Part shown: positions 1-16,316 of the stretch, in pieces
How the letters are laid out: every line of letters starts with the position of its first letter
How positions within the stretch are numbered: the stretch's first letter is position 1
Assembly: GCF_009914755.1 (NCBI RefSeq)
Contig: NC_060934.1
Source: the human T2T-CHM13v2.0 reference genome, Homo sapiens
DNA: 64,000 nucleotides
Reading direction: 5' to 3' (one strand)
Made by a program: the position numbers and the translations under genes
Notes under the pieces: generated by a model
Database searches by the model: none
Told to the model about the DNA's origin: nothing
What the model saw: the letters and a program-made list of their open reading frames with translations, nothing else

Positions 1-343
1 GTTCTATTTTTTTCTTAGTTCTTTCTGATAATCTCTTATTTTGCCTAATTTATAAATTAAACTTAAAAAAATTTTTTTTCTTCTTTTTTGAAAATGAAAA
101 TGTTTGACTGGCCTGGGAAGGCTCCTCCCACCCCTCAAAGCCAGAGCTAACAAAGTTGTTCCCTTTAGGGTCCAGATGGAGGGAACCAGGATAGGGACTG
201 GGAAGGGACCAGGAAGCAATGAAGGGAAGGAGTGGAAAGGAATAATCCAAATGGAGAGGAATAAAGCCTCCAAAATCTACCTAAAAGTAGGAGATCTTAG
301 ATCCAGGGAAACTTCCTCCCAGTGTGGTCAGGGAGACAGCTGA

Positions 344-664
<321 letters not shown>

Positions 665-734
665 TGTATAATGATTTCTGATCAAGTTGGGGGAACCTGG
701 GGTTCTCCACAGATCCCATCCTCATAGGCCACTC

Positions 735-872
735 GTGTCAACTGAAGAATTCCAAGGTTTATAAATTTGGAAAGGAGAACTTCATTTCTCATAAAGGGTT
801 GCAACCTTCAGGGTGGCCATTCTAACAGGCTGGGAAGCATAGCCCCCAGTCAAAAGCCAGAAATAGGTAGTT
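735..872 (-). mobile_element. Truncated ERV1 LTR fragment (MER39-like)
   Basis: Aligns by eye with 11382-11520 (tgtcaactgaagaat...ataaatttggaaaggaga...tttctcataaa). Confidence 0.7.
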
Positions 873-1000
873 CCTCAACTTTATCATAGGTATGTATGTA
901 TAGGAAAAAAAATACTATATATAGGGTTCTGTACTATCTGCAGCTGGGTATTCACTGAGAGTCTTAGAACATATCCTCCATGTATAGGAGATATTACTAT
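873..1000. mobile_element. MER44/Tigger7-type DNA transposon end
   Basis: ttatcataggtatgtatgtataggaaaaaa...tatagggtt.. resembles the MER44 terminus. Confidence 0.65.
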
Positions 1001-1489
1001 AAAATATAAATATATGCAAAGTCATACTATATTTGGTTATTTAATACTGTACAGCAAATTACAACAAAGGGGCATAAACTAATCTTTTATTATCTCTCAT
1101 GTTTCTGTGGATTAGGGATTTAGGAATAGTTTGGCTGAGCAGTTTGTAGTCTTTTGAGGGTGCAGCCCCATGTCAGTCAGGGCCTTAATCATCTGGCTTG
1201 ACTGAGGCCGGAAGATCTGATTCTAAGGTGACTCACTAACATGGTTGACAAGTTTACTTTTGGTCAAGAAGGTACCACTTCTCCATGTGGGCTTCTCCAT
1301 AGGGCTGCAGGATTGTCCTCATGATATGATGACCGGCTTCCCCTAGAGCAAGTGTACAAGAGACCAAAGCAGAAGTAAAGCCTATTATGACATAGTCTTG
1401 GAAGTACACATCATCACTTCAGCTGTATCATATTGGTTCTGCAGACCAGCCCTGATTTGATGTGGGTGACACTACACAGGGCATGAATA

Positions 1490-1626
1490 TAGACAATCCC
1501 TGACTTCTGATGGTTCAACTTATGGTTTTTTGACTTTATGATGGATTTGTTGGAGTAGTAAATGCATTTTTTGACTTACAGTGGGTTTATGCAGAGGTAA
1601 TCTCATCATAAGTCAAGAGGCATCTA
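1490..1626. mobile_element. MER47-like Tigger MITE
   Basis: Degenerate terminal inverted repeats (..ccctgactt / aagtcaagagg..) flanked by TA at 1488-89 and 1627-28. Confidence 0.65.
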
Positions 1627-1629
1627 TAC

Positions 1630-2031
1630 TATCTTAGTCCATTTCTTTGCTGCTATATCAATTGCAAACTGAGTAATTTATGAAGAAAAGATTGATTTGG
1701 CTTACAGTTCTGGGAAATCCAAGATCGAGGAGTCCATCTAGTGAGGGTCTTCTTGCTGCATTGTAACATGTCAGAAGGCATCACATGGTGAGGAAGTGTG
1801 CACAGAAGACAGAGAGGGGAAATTGACTTGAACTCACCGTTTTTGGGAGTGGATTTTATCAGGAATCCACTCCCCCAGTAACTAACCCACTCCTATGATA
1901 ATGGCAAAAATCCAGTTATGGGGCAGAGCCTTCATGACCTAATCACCTCTTAAAGGTCCTGCCTCTCAACACTGTTAAAGTGGCAATTAAATTTCAAGGT
2001 GAGTTTTGGAGGAGACATTCAAACCATAGCA
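1630..2031 (-). mobile_element. MST-family MaLR solo LTR
   Basis: tatcttagtccattt...gagttttggaggagacattcaaaccatagca; AATAC TSD is reconstructable. Confidence 0.75.
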
Positions 2032-2111
2032 AATACTTACAGGCAAGAATTATAGAGAGCCTTCTTGAAGGCTGGCTATCACAGTACTAAATATTGTGTA
2101 TTGAGATATAT

Positions 2112-2160
2112 GTTTGTGTATGTGTGTGTGTGTGTGTCTGCCTGTGCGTGTGTGTATGTA
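2112..2160. repeat. Imperfect (TG)n microsatellite
   Basis: Directly visible. Confidence 0.85.
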
Positions 2161-2219
2161 TAAATGGATGGAAATGGTAAACACCAACTACCAACTTCAG
2201 GATAGTGGCTTCATTTGGA

Positions 2220-3290
<1,071 letters not shown>

Positions 3291-3298
3291 GTATTATC

Positions 3299-3558
<260 letters not shown>

Positions 3559-4714
3559 CAGGAATATTATCTAACGTTACTAGACTCTGTTATTCTTAGC
3601 TGCAAAAGAAGGATGTTAGTTTGTATGATCTGTCTGGCCTTCCAACACTGAAATTCTATGATTATATCTCACACTTATGATGCAGAATATTACAGAAAAT
3701 GGGGAGGAAATCGACAATGTTAAGATCATAAGCCCCTGAAATCATCCATCATATATAGTTCTACTCCAAGTAGCTTTGCGGAAAAACCCCAACATGTGCT
3801 TCCTTGTGTACCAAGTCCCTTTCATAATAAGCCCTCAAGATATATACAGGTGATATATTTTAGTGGAGATTTTACTCATTGTTTTGAACACCAGCCAAAC
3901 TTCATACTATATATTTTTACAAGCATTTAAAAAATATTTTACAAAATAACAAGCATTTGTATTTTATGACTGTTTTTTTCAACTCCTGATGCCTCAAAGG
4001 CATTTTTAAAATATGTATTCCTTCTTCAAATGCAATTGTTTGTAGTTCCTGCACTACTCTTCTTAGTCTGCACAATTCCGCATCTTTTGGTTTTTATGCC
4101 TAAATCTGTTATCATGTTCTAGCTCTAAGTATTCATGTTGAATGCTCCATAATTTCTAGGCTTTTTTTGAAGCACACTGCTCTGGAACATACTTATATTA
4201 TTTCTTACTTTATTCACATGGAAATCAAAGCAAAAGATTAAAAAATTCAACCAAACAGCCACTTGATGCAATTTATACTTTAAAAGAATATTTTTTATCT
4301 AGGTAATAGTAGCTGACAACTGTCATTAGCTTATGAATACCCATTGTGACTTCGCTACAGCCAGCTGTTTATTGTTTATATTGTGAAACTTGAGGAACCT
4401 TGGCAATAGTTATTCCTGAGTTGCAAACTAAGAAATCTAACGTTGACATTACAGTCTACTGTGTAGGAAAGAAGTAGGCATTGGGATTTCAAAAGCAGTA
4501 TAATAAAGGCTTGTCAGCTCTGAATTGCATTATTCCTTGTAGAGTTTCTCAAAAGCTTTCTTATTTCATTCCCTTGAAAAAAGCATCATGCTCTTTAAAG
4601 GAAGAAGTTAAATTGGGTATGAAAGACCTTCATATTCTCTGTTGACTTTGTCTCAGTTATTTTAAAACAGTAACCCCTAAGCATTTACCTGTGAAACTGA
4701 TGTTTTAGTGCATT

Positions 4715-5391
4715 TGTAACTGCCCAACAGCTTCTCTGTGCCCACTGCCTAGATAGAACCAATTTGTCAAGAGAGGAGAACTGCAATAGAGAAAGAGTTT
4801 AATTCACACAGAGCTGGCTGAACAGGAGACTGGAGTTTTATTACTCAAATTAGTCTCCCCAAATTGGAGGCCAGGATTCTTCAAGGATAGTTTGGTGGGC
4901 AGGGGGCTAAGGGAATGAGTGCTGCTGATTGGTTGTGGATGCAGTCATAGGGGTGTGGAAAATGGTCCTCATGTGCTGAGTCCTCTTCTGGGTGGGGGCC
5001 ACAGGAGCCTGAAAGGACATCTCAAAAGGCCAATCTTAGGTTCTACAACAGTGATGTTATCTGCATGAGTGGGTGTGGGGAAGTTGCAAATCTTGTGACC
5101 TCTGGAATAATGGCTTGGTGTAATCCCTTCCACTTACATCTTAGCAGAATTCAGCCTCCTCCCATCTTCCTAACCTGTTGCTCTTTCGTTAGTTTTTGTG
5201 AAGGCAGTTTATTTTGGGGGAAGGCATATTATTTAAACTAAAAACTAAATTTCTCCCAAAGCTAGCTAGGCCCAAGCCCAGGAATGACCAAGGGCAGTTT
5301 GGAGGTTAAAGGAAATATGGGGTTGGTTAGATTAGGTGTCTTTCACTGTCATAATTTTCTCACTTTTATAATTTTTGCAAAGACAGCTTCA
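4715..5391 (-). mobile_element. LTR8-family ERV1 solo LTR
   Basis: TG...CA ends; the reverse strand begins tgaagctgtctttgcaaaaattataa..gagaaaattatgacagtgaaaga, as LTR8 does. Confidence 0.75.
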
Positions 5392-7122
5392 AGATCCTCC
5401 AAATATATTTCAGACTCACAGATTCTATCTCGTATTTCAATTCAACTCTCTCTACTTCTTGATCTGTGGTTACTCTTTTTCACATACAGAAAGGGGATAA
5501 TTGGATAATTTAATCACTAATCTTAATGACTTCGTCATCATTACTGCCTATAGAAAAGATAGAAATATTCTCATGTTAGTGGTTCTGACTTCAGGAAACA
5601 GTAGATTAATTGTTAAGGATTATTTTAGAACAAGAAGGAATATAACAAATTTTAAAAATATCTTTAGGTATTGCAGACTTTAGATAGTACATGCTATATA
5701 TTCAATTCAAATTACTATTTTGACCTCTTCTTCCTTAGGAAACAGACTATTCCTTTGGAAGGAAAAAGGCAATAAGGATTTCTGATTTTGCCTTTTAGTT
5801 TTTATGTAAAAATTCAAATCGTACATCCATGAAGTATTAGCTGCTATGGGAATTACTATCCTGCTATAAACAACTAGAACACCAGACAAAATATCTGAAA
5901 CAACTGTTTTCAGACACTGGACAATAGGCACACAGGACTGTGATGCCTGAGATAAGAGGAACAAATGAGTTGAACCCTGCATTGGTTGAGTTTACAGCCT
6001 GAGGCGGCCTCTAAATTGCATCACAGAGAGGGGAAACAGAGCTTGGCCATCTAGTTAAGATGAAGAAACAGAGATCAGAGTTTGTAAATCCCAAGGCAGC
6101 TAGAATTTATGAGACAGAGGTTTACAGAGGAAGGAGCTATGAAGAGAAAGAGGAGTCTCGGAAATCTGCATAGGCATCCTGTGAGGCTTTGGCTGAATTC
6201 TAAACCACAAGACCAGGCTAGAACAACTTCCTAGAACATAACTATTGCCAGTAATATAAAATGAATAATTTTGCTTCCCTCTAGCCACAGTAGAGAGATA
6301 GCCTTGGACACATGAACATTTGGTAGACATTCTCAGAAGAACCATATCTTAGAAGTAGGGACAAATTGGTCCTAGAATAAAGGATTCTCTAGATCTGTCC
6401 TAAAATAATTTTTTGAAGTCTTGAAAGGGCCAAACTAACATGCAACTAATTTAACTATACAAGATCCAGCACTCAACAATGTAAAATTAAAAATTTCTAA
6501 CCACCAATCAAAAATTACTAGGCATATGAAGAAGCAAAAAATAAGCCTTCCAAAAATTCAGTCAATGAACAGACCTAGAAATGTCAGAGATAATGGAATA
6601 AACAGCCAAGAATGTTAAAATAGCTATTATAAATATGATCCTTATGCTCATAGAGAAAAGGAAAAATATAAGTATAATGTGAAAAGAAATGGAAGATATA
6701 AAAAGAAATGCAACTTCTAGAGGTGAAAAATATGTCTGAAATGAAAACACCATATAGATGGAATTACCAGGAAATTAGACACTGCAGAAGAAAAAAATCC
6801 ATGATGTTGAAGTATATTGCAATTAAAACTATCCAAAATGAAACTGAGAGGGGGAAAAAAGCCCCTGAAATGTATGAAGAAAGCCTCAGTGACCTGTGAG
6901 ACAATATCACAATGGCCTAACATAAGTGTAATTGGAATCCCAGAAGGGTAGCAGACAGAAAAAAATAATAGTTGAATAAAGGTCAAAAGTTTTCCAAATT
7001 TGAGGAAAGCCAGATCTAAAAAATCTAACAACTCCCAACCATTCATAAAGAAAAGCAAAGCACATCACAGTCAAATTGTTGAAAACCAGTGATAAAAGGA
7101 AAATGTTGAAAAGCAGGCAGAG

Positions 7123-7690
7123 GGCTGGGCATGGTGGCTTACACCTGTGAGCCCAGCATTTTGGGAAGCCGAGGCAGGAGGATTGCTTGAGACCAGCCTG
7201 GGCAACATAGTGAGACCCTGTCTCTACAAAAATAAAAATTAAAAATTAAAATTAAAAAAATTAGCTGGCCCAGCACTTTGGGAGGCTGAGGCAGGTGGAT
7301 CCCCTGAGGTCAGGAGTTCGAGAACAGCCTGGCCAACGTGGTGAAACCCTATCTCTACTAAAAATACAAAAATTTGCTAAGTGTGGTGGTGTGTACCTGT
7401 AATCCCAGCTATTGGGGAGGCTGAGGCAGGAGAATCGCTTGAAGGTGGTGAAGGCTACAGTGAGCCAAGATCACACCACTGCACTCCAGCCTGGGTGACA
7501 GAGCAAGACTCTGTCTCAAAAATAAAATAAATTAGCTGGGCATGGTGGCACATGCCTGTAGTCCCAGCTACTTTGGAGGCTGAGGCGGGAGTATCCAGTG
7601 AGCCCAGTAGTTTGAGACTGAGTAACCCATGATGGTGCCACTGAACTCCAGCCTGGGCAACGGAATGAGACCCTGTCTTTATTAAAAAGT
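7123..7690 (+). mobile_element. AluJ-like element with a 5'-truncated AluS nested at 7269-7528
   Basis: AAATTAGCTGG is duplicated at 7258-7268 and 7529-7539. Confidence 0.88.
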
Positions 7691-7932
7691 AAAAGTTTTA
7701 AAAAGGCAGACAGAGGAAAAAAGACATAGAGGAACAAAGATAAGAATATACACAAACTCATATCATATACTATGCAAAACAAAATTTCTTTAAAAGATAA
7801 TCAAAAGGTAAACCACACAAAAATAATGTGCAGTTTATAATATATGTAGAAAAACGTGTGAGAACAATACCACGAAGAATGCAAGCAGGGGGAATGGAAG
7901 TATTTGTTGTAAGGTCCTCTAAACTATACCTA

Positions 7933-8652
<720 letters not shown>

Positions 8653-8683
8653 GGTATATTTAATAAGTCAATAGCAGAGATTA

Positions 8684-8977
8684 GCCTGAGCATTGTGGCT
8701 CAATACTGTAATTCCAGCACTTTGGGATGCTGAGGTGTGAGAATAGCTTGAGTCCAGGAGTTCAAGGTCAGCCTGGGCAACATAGTGAGACCCTGTCTCT
8801 ACCCCCACCAAAAAAAAAATTATCCAGGCACAGTTACATATGCCTATAGTCCTAGCCACTCAGGAAGCTGAGGTAGGAGGATCACTTGAGCCCAGGAGAT
8901 CAAGGCTGCAGTGAGCTGTGATCACACCACTGTACTCCAGGCTGGGAGACAGATTAGGACCCTGTCTCTAAAAAAAG
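8684..8977 (+). mobile_element. Alu (AluJ)
   Basis: Diverged dimer; TSD agagatta. Confidence 0.9.
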
Positions 8978-10040
8978 AGATTAAATTATAATAAATAGTG
9001 ATTAAATGAAAAAATCCTTTTTAAAGAGATTAAAAGATAGTAAATCTAAAAATGGCAAGAATAGAGGAAAAGTAGAAGAAAGAACAGTAGGGTCAAAAAG
9101 AAAATAAGTAGTAAGATGGTAAGACTTATATTCAGCCATACTTAAATTACATTAAATGCAAATAATATACATACTTTAATTAAAAGGCAGAGATTGTTAG
9201 ATTGGATAAAATAGCAAGACCCAACTATAAGCTTTCTACAGGAAACTCACTTTAAATAAAACATGGATAAGGTAAAAGGATAGGGAAAGATATACTATGA
9301 AAACATGTCACACAAAGGCTTGTATGCAAATAATCATAAAAGCTTTATTCATAGTAGCCAAAACCTGGAAACAACCCAGATGTTCGTCAACTGGATAAAC
9401 AAGTTGTGGTGTGTCTATGCATTGACACCCTTCTCAGCAATACAAATGAATGACTACTAATGAACTAGTTAATTAATGAACTACTAATAACAACATAGGT
9501 GAATCTCATAATCATGCCAAGAGAAAGAAGCCAGATATAAAAGGGTCCATAGCGTGATTTTATTTATATAAAAATCTATAAAAACCTAATATAATCTGTG
9601 GTGACAAAATCAGATCAATGGTTACCCAGGGATTAACTGGGATGGGGATCAGAGAATTTGGGGGAATCATAGAAATGTTCTTTATTTTGATTCTTATGTA
9701 AAAACTCATCAGATTTCCATTTTAAGTAAGAATGTATTTTGTTATTTATAAACTATGTCTCAATTAGGTTTATTTCTTGAAAATTCAAATCATGAAAGAT
9801 TTTAGTGTGAAGATTTTGTATATAATGTAGGCCTTATGAATTACTAGAATAGACAAGGAAATAAGATGTAAATGTCTACAACTACAACTATGGAAAGCTT
9901 GATGCATTTTGGATTTCCAAAACATTAATCTTAACATATGTTTGCTATAAACTCTTTGATTAGTAGGGATATAAATCCTTAGAAGCATAATAGAATGTAA
10001 TTTTTGACTCTTACTTTATTTTTAAAAATTGTTTTTAGAA

Positions 10041-10498
<458 letters not shown>

Positions 10499-10633
10499 TT
10501 TTGATTCTTCAAAGAAGCTAGTAAGGAAACATTATCATTTATGTATCATGTAATATGCTAAGTGTTTTAAATTATTTATGTATTTCACTCATTTCTCACA
10601 ACAGCTCTGTGAGTTAGGGATTAAACCCCCCCC

Positions 10634-10921
10634 TTTTTTTTTCAGACAGATTCTCACTCTGTTGCCAGGCTGGAGTGCAGTGTCGCGATCTTGGCTCACT
10701 GCAGCCTCCACCTCCTGGGTTGAAGTGATTCTCCTGCCTCAGCCTCCCGAGTAGCTGGGACTACAAGCGTGCACCACCATGCCCAGCTAATTTTTTTATT
10801 TTTAGTAGAGACAGGGTTTTACCACATTGGCCAAGATGGTCTCAATCTCTTGACCTCATGATCTGCCCACCTCGGCCTCCCAAAGTGCTGGGATTACAGG
10901 CATGAGCCACCATGCCTGGCC
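10634..10921 (-). mobile_element. Alu (AluSc-like)
   Basis: Full antisense dimer. Confidence 0.93.
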
Positions 10922-11381
10922 AAAGCCCATTTTATATACGAAAAAAGTGAGGCTCAGAGAAGTTATATAATACACCCAAAATTACAGAGCCAAGGTTCAG
11001 TCCCATATTTGACTCCAAAGCCTGTTTTCTTTCCTCAGTGCTAACATCATCTTTAAATGCTCAGTTGCTTATGTAAAAATTTTTTATTTTAAAAATGCAT
11101 TTTTAAAAAAATGTATGTGAAAATTATTCCAAAAGAGGGCTATTTTGATAGTTGTTCTACTGGGACCCTACAAATCAAGAATACTGAGGGAGAAAATAAG
11201 GAAATAGGCATTCTATGCTATACTTTTGTAGAAGATCCCTTCAATTTAATAGTTCATAATAAATTTTCCCTTCATAACATTTTGTTATAAAATCTTAAAC
11301 ATCTGAGTTTTGGTTCTGTCTAGCCAAGCTCATGAAGACATTCAAGAGAACATGAATTGTTTTTGATAGAATGCTAACTTA

Positions 11382-12072
11382 TGACAACTGAAGAATGGCG
11401 AGGTTCATAAATTTGGAAAGGAGACCTATATTTCTCATAAAGGTTGCAGGCTGCAGGGTGGCCATTCTGACAGGCTGGGAAGTGTAGCCTCCATTCAGAA
11501 GCCAAAAACAGACACTTTGAGGAAGAGGCAAAAAGAACAGGATGCATGCTGAGCAGGGTGGCCAAATATACATACTCAGTACGCTATAGGAGAGGCCATG
11601 CATATTTATGAAAGGAGAAATGTGTGTATGCACAACTGAGCTTCATGCCCCTTCATGGGTCCCGTGTACAAAAAATGGCTGCGTCAGCATGATCTGAGGG
11701 TGGAGTTTTCAGCTCTCTGGCATCAAAAGATGAAGCAGAGGGTGTGAAAACCCTCACTGCGCATTCTCTGTAGACTGGCCAGAACCACTCCACGGTCGGT
11801 GGCCTCTTGTCAGGCAAAAAAAAGGGGCAGTGTTGGTCAGTTAATTGGTTGATATCAGTGGTGGAGTCTTCTGAAAGGGCTAGTTTCTCTTAAGCCCTTA
11901 GGAAAGAATGCCTAATGGTGGCTAGCAAGGAAGGGGTATAATGAATTGTGTCTGACCTCCCATCCTGTCATGGCTGAGAACTTAGCTTTAAAGGTTTACC
12001 CTGGGGTCCCCTTGGCCAAGAGGGGGTCCATTCAGTCAGTTGAGGGGCTTAGGATTTCACTTTTGTTTCTCA
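11382..12072 (-). mobile_element. ERV1 solo LTR (MER39-like)
   Basis: TG...CA ends with a perfect 4-bp TSD, CTTA (11378-81, 12073-76). Confidence 0.8.
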
Positions 12073-12560
12073 CTTATCAGCTTGGATATAATACTGTACT
12101 ATATATACATGAATTGACTGTTTTGGAGTAAGAGTCTCACTTATTAGTGTACTTCTTGAAAGCTCTGGATCCCGAGAGCCACGTCCTACAGGCTATGAAG
12201 TCTAGCCCAGCAATCTCTGACTGCTTAATAAAATCTTGCTAAATGGAACCAGGGCTTGTATTCACCAATATCAAGAACTTCACCTGATATCCTTGGGAAA
12301 GCCTCTCCTTGACCCACTCAGAAGACAGTTCCTTGCCTGTTTTTTCATATCTGTAAAATGAGCTATGTGATCCATTTGATCTTTTATAAGCCAGTTCCCA
12401 GAATAACCTTCAACTAAAGCTAAAGGGCATGTTCTTAAACCTTCTTTGAAAACATTTTAAATCACACTAATAATAGACCCCCATGCAAGAATGGTAATAA
12501 TGTGACTTTAACTTACATTGAAATCCAATTATCATATGTTTGTGGGTCTTTTTCATTCAG

Positions 12561-12731
12561 ATGTTACAGTGGTTTATCAAAATGGGTTACCTGTGATATC
12601 TGTGAGGCTACCATCCCGGCGTGAACGCTGTCAGTTCACACTCAAGCCTATCTCTGACTCTGTTGGTGTATTTTTACGACAACTGCAAGAAGAGGATCGG
12701 GGAATTGACAGAGTTGCTATCTATTCACCAG
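12561..12731 (+). CDS. MCU: MCU coding exon 3 (N-terminal domain, first half)
   Basis: ttttcattcag|AT acceptor and CCAG|gtatag donor; 171 nt, phase 1-1. Encodes DVTVVYQNGLPVISVRLPSRRERCQFTLKPISDSVGVFLRQLQEEDRGIDRVAIYSP, with S92, R93, C97 and D123 in human numbering. Confidence 0.97.
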
Positions 12732-13806
12732 GTATAGTCACCATCATTATTAATTACCATCTATCCCTCATTTCACCCCACACCATTTCTAGACACATAC
12801 ATACACCACACACGTAGCTACAAAAGAACCCTATACTGTTAACTTCAGAAAACTTTTTTCTTTTGCTTAGCACTTACCAGGAGAGAAAGGGATTTCTCTC
12901 CCAGTGGTACTCAGAGTATAATTGATCGGTTTTAGCAAATGTGTATGCACAGGGAATCTCATTCAAAAGCAGCTCACATATAATGCCATGAGCAAGGATG
13001 AACAATCAATCACATTTTATATTATTGAGACTTTTTATCATTACTTTCGGTGTAGAATAAATACTTCCAGTAGTTAAACCCTCATCTCTGGAAAGAAAAG
13101 TTTGCCAAAATAAAGAAGTATATAATTTGAAAAGAATATAAACTAAGGCACTAAAAATTACCATTTTATGTATTTAATTTATTTATTTTTTAATCTTTTT
13201 AAGTTTTTTTCCCATTGTGTTTTCCCCATTTTTACTTTAAAATTTTTCAAACCTGCAGAAAACTTGAAAGGTAAGTACAATAAATGCCCATTTACCCTTC
13301 ACCTGGATTCACCAGTTAACAATTACCACATTTCTACTCATCTGGCAATATAATTAGTAGACCAGCTGGTGGATGTATAATACTTTGCTAACCCCAGCGT
13401 CTATCTCTACTGAATTATTGGCAACTAATCAGTGACTATACTGAAAAGTACCATATGTCAGAAAATTTTTTTTTGACTCAACCAGCTTCCATTATAGGCA
13501 GTATTAAGCCCATACAGCTGTCCCAGTGACCCTAGATTTCCAATGTACACCTATAGAACTATGACCATTAATTATTTCACTTGTTCATATAGTTCACAGG
13601 AAAAGCTGTTGTTAAATCTTCACAAACTTGAGTCCTAAAAACAGAGCTTCAACCTAAACTTTGTTTGCATAGGAAATGAGGCAAAAAGTTAACTGAAATT
13701 TTAAAAGGAAGAGGTAATTTTTAAAAACGATTTTGAAGATTGAATTTTCCTGACCATTCTTGAATAATTATGGACCTATGACAAGTTTCATTTGAAATTT
13801 TCACAG

Positions 13807-13911
13807 ATGGTGTTCGCGTTGCTGCTTCAACAGGAATAGACCTCCTCCTCCTTGATGACTTTAAGCTGGTCATTAATGACTTAACATACCACGTACGACC
13901 ACCAAAAAGAG
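13807..13911 (+). CDS. MCU: MCU coding exon 4 (N-terminal domain, second half)
   Basis: ttttcacag|AT and AGAG|gtaaaa; 105 nt, phase 1-1. Encodes DGVRVAASTGIDLLLLDDFKLVINDLTYHVRPPKR. Too short for the ORF track. Confidence 0.97.
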
Positions 13912-14396
13912 GTAAAATAGTAACCTTGGTAAGGTCACAGAAATGTGGGAAGGGCTTTTGGAAATAACTTTATTTTTTTTCCTTGGGTAACCTTGAGAAA
14001 CAGACAGTATTCAAAGAACACTGAAAGTTTTATATACAGATAGACACTATTTCAGTTGAAGAGCTCATTGAGTACTTGGCACTTGGCTAGTACGTCGACA
14101 AAAATCACTTCGATTCTGCCTAGATTCCAGAATGCTTCATTATCTGATATTGTCACTCTGTTTCACATAAATGAATGTCCTACATAACTGAAGCCCCTTC
14201 CCTTCATAAAGGCCAAAAGTCATACTACTTTAATAACATTGCAGGGGATATCTTTTTAAAATAAGCTATAGGCTTCTCTGTTCTCTTAAGCATTGTAATA
14301 AGTATTGAGCTTTTTTTATGGCTCAAGGTCAGCAATCTGAAAGTCAGTTATTGTACAATAATAATAGTTCTTAGGAACTTCTGACATGGTGCATGG

Positions 14397-15179
<783 letters not shown>

Positions 15180-15365
15180 AAGATAAATAGTATTTTTATG
15201 TACTATTTTAAAAAACCAGAGTTAATGCAAAAAATGCATGATGAACAAAATTTTAAATAAAGACAGAGTCAGTATTACTAATATTTCTTTTCATCCTAGC
15301 CTCTACTATGGCTCTGCACAGTACAATGCTAAGTAGCCCTCTAAAATAGCGTTTTGAGTTGTGTC

Positions 15366-15664
15366 TTTTTTTTTTTTTTTTTTGAGACTGAGTCTTGCTC
15401 TGTCACCCAGGCTGGAGTGCAGTGGCACAATATCGGCTCACTGCAAGTTCCGCCTCCCAGGTTCACGCCATTCTCCTGCCTCAACCTCCTGAGTAGCTGC
15501 GACTACAGGTGCCCGCCACCACGCCTGGCTAATTTTTTGTATTTTTAGTAGAGACGGGGTTTCACCGTGTTAGCCAGGATGGTCTCGATCTCCTGACCTT
15601 GTGATCTGCCCGCCTCGGCCTCCCAAAGTGCTGGGATTACAGGCGTGAGCCACCGCACCCGGCC
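15366..15664 (-). mobile_element. AluY
   Basis: AluY diagnostics (ttcacgccattctcc, ttagccaggatggtctcgatc); TSD gagttgtgtctttttt. Confidence 0.95.
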
Positions 15665-15772
15665 GAGTTGTGTCTTTTTTGGTCCTGTTTCTCTATTTAC
15701 CCTTAATATTCATTGTAACTCACTGCTGTTGTTAATGCCCCTTCCACCACTCCTTCCACCAGCCCCATAGGA

Positions 15773-16112
15773 CAGCAGTTCCCAACCTTTTTGGCACCAG
15801 GGACCAGTTTTGTTAAAGATAATTTTTCCACTGACAGTGGGGGCGGGGGCAGAGGCAGTGGTTTTGGAATGAAACTTTCACCTCAGATCCTCAGGCATCA
15901 GTTAGATTCTCATAAGAAGCGCACAACCTAGATCCCTCACATGCACAATTTACAATAGGGTTTGTGCCCTATGAGATCTAATGCTGCTGCTGATCTGACA
16001 GGAGGTGGAGCTCAGGCAGTAATGCTCACTCACTGGCCTCCTCCTGTGCAGCCTGGTTCCTAACAGGCCACTGACCAGTACTGGTTCGCACCCCAGGGGT
16101 GGGGGACCACTG
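15773..16112. mobile_element. MER1B-like hAT-Charlie element
   Basis: 340 bp; termini cagcagttcccaacc / ggtgggggaccactg; 8-bp TSD ccatagga/ctgtagga. Confidence 0.8.
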
Positions 16113-16160
16113 CTGTAGGACATTCCTTCTTTTCAATCCTGCTTTTAAGAATTGGGTTTA

Positions 16161-16316
16161 GGCCTGGTAAGGTGGCTCACACCTGTAATCCCAGCACTTT
16201 AGGAAGCCGAGGCAGGAGGATTGCTTAAGACCAGGAGTTTGGGACCAGCCTGGGCAACACAGTAGCAACCAGCCTGGGCAACACATCTTTTTAAAAAAAA
16301 AGAAAAAAAAAAAAGA
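16161..16316 (+). mobile_element. Alu monomer (FLAM-like) with an internal 17-bp duplication
   Basis: accagcctgggcaacac occurs twice; TSD aagaattgggt. Confidence 0.85.

Larger units (their letters stand above)
1028..2083 (-). mobile_element. MLT1-type MaLR LTR interrupted by MER47 and MST
   Basis: MaLR motifs (tattatctctcatgtttctgtgg; gggcatgaata...ggctggctatcaca) resume after the inserts. Confidence 0.65.

Noticed and set aside
104-343. Purine-rich 79-aa ORF near the window start
   Set aside because: It has a non-ATG start, no convincing exon boundaries and no recognisable homology. It is probably intronic or a decayed repeat.
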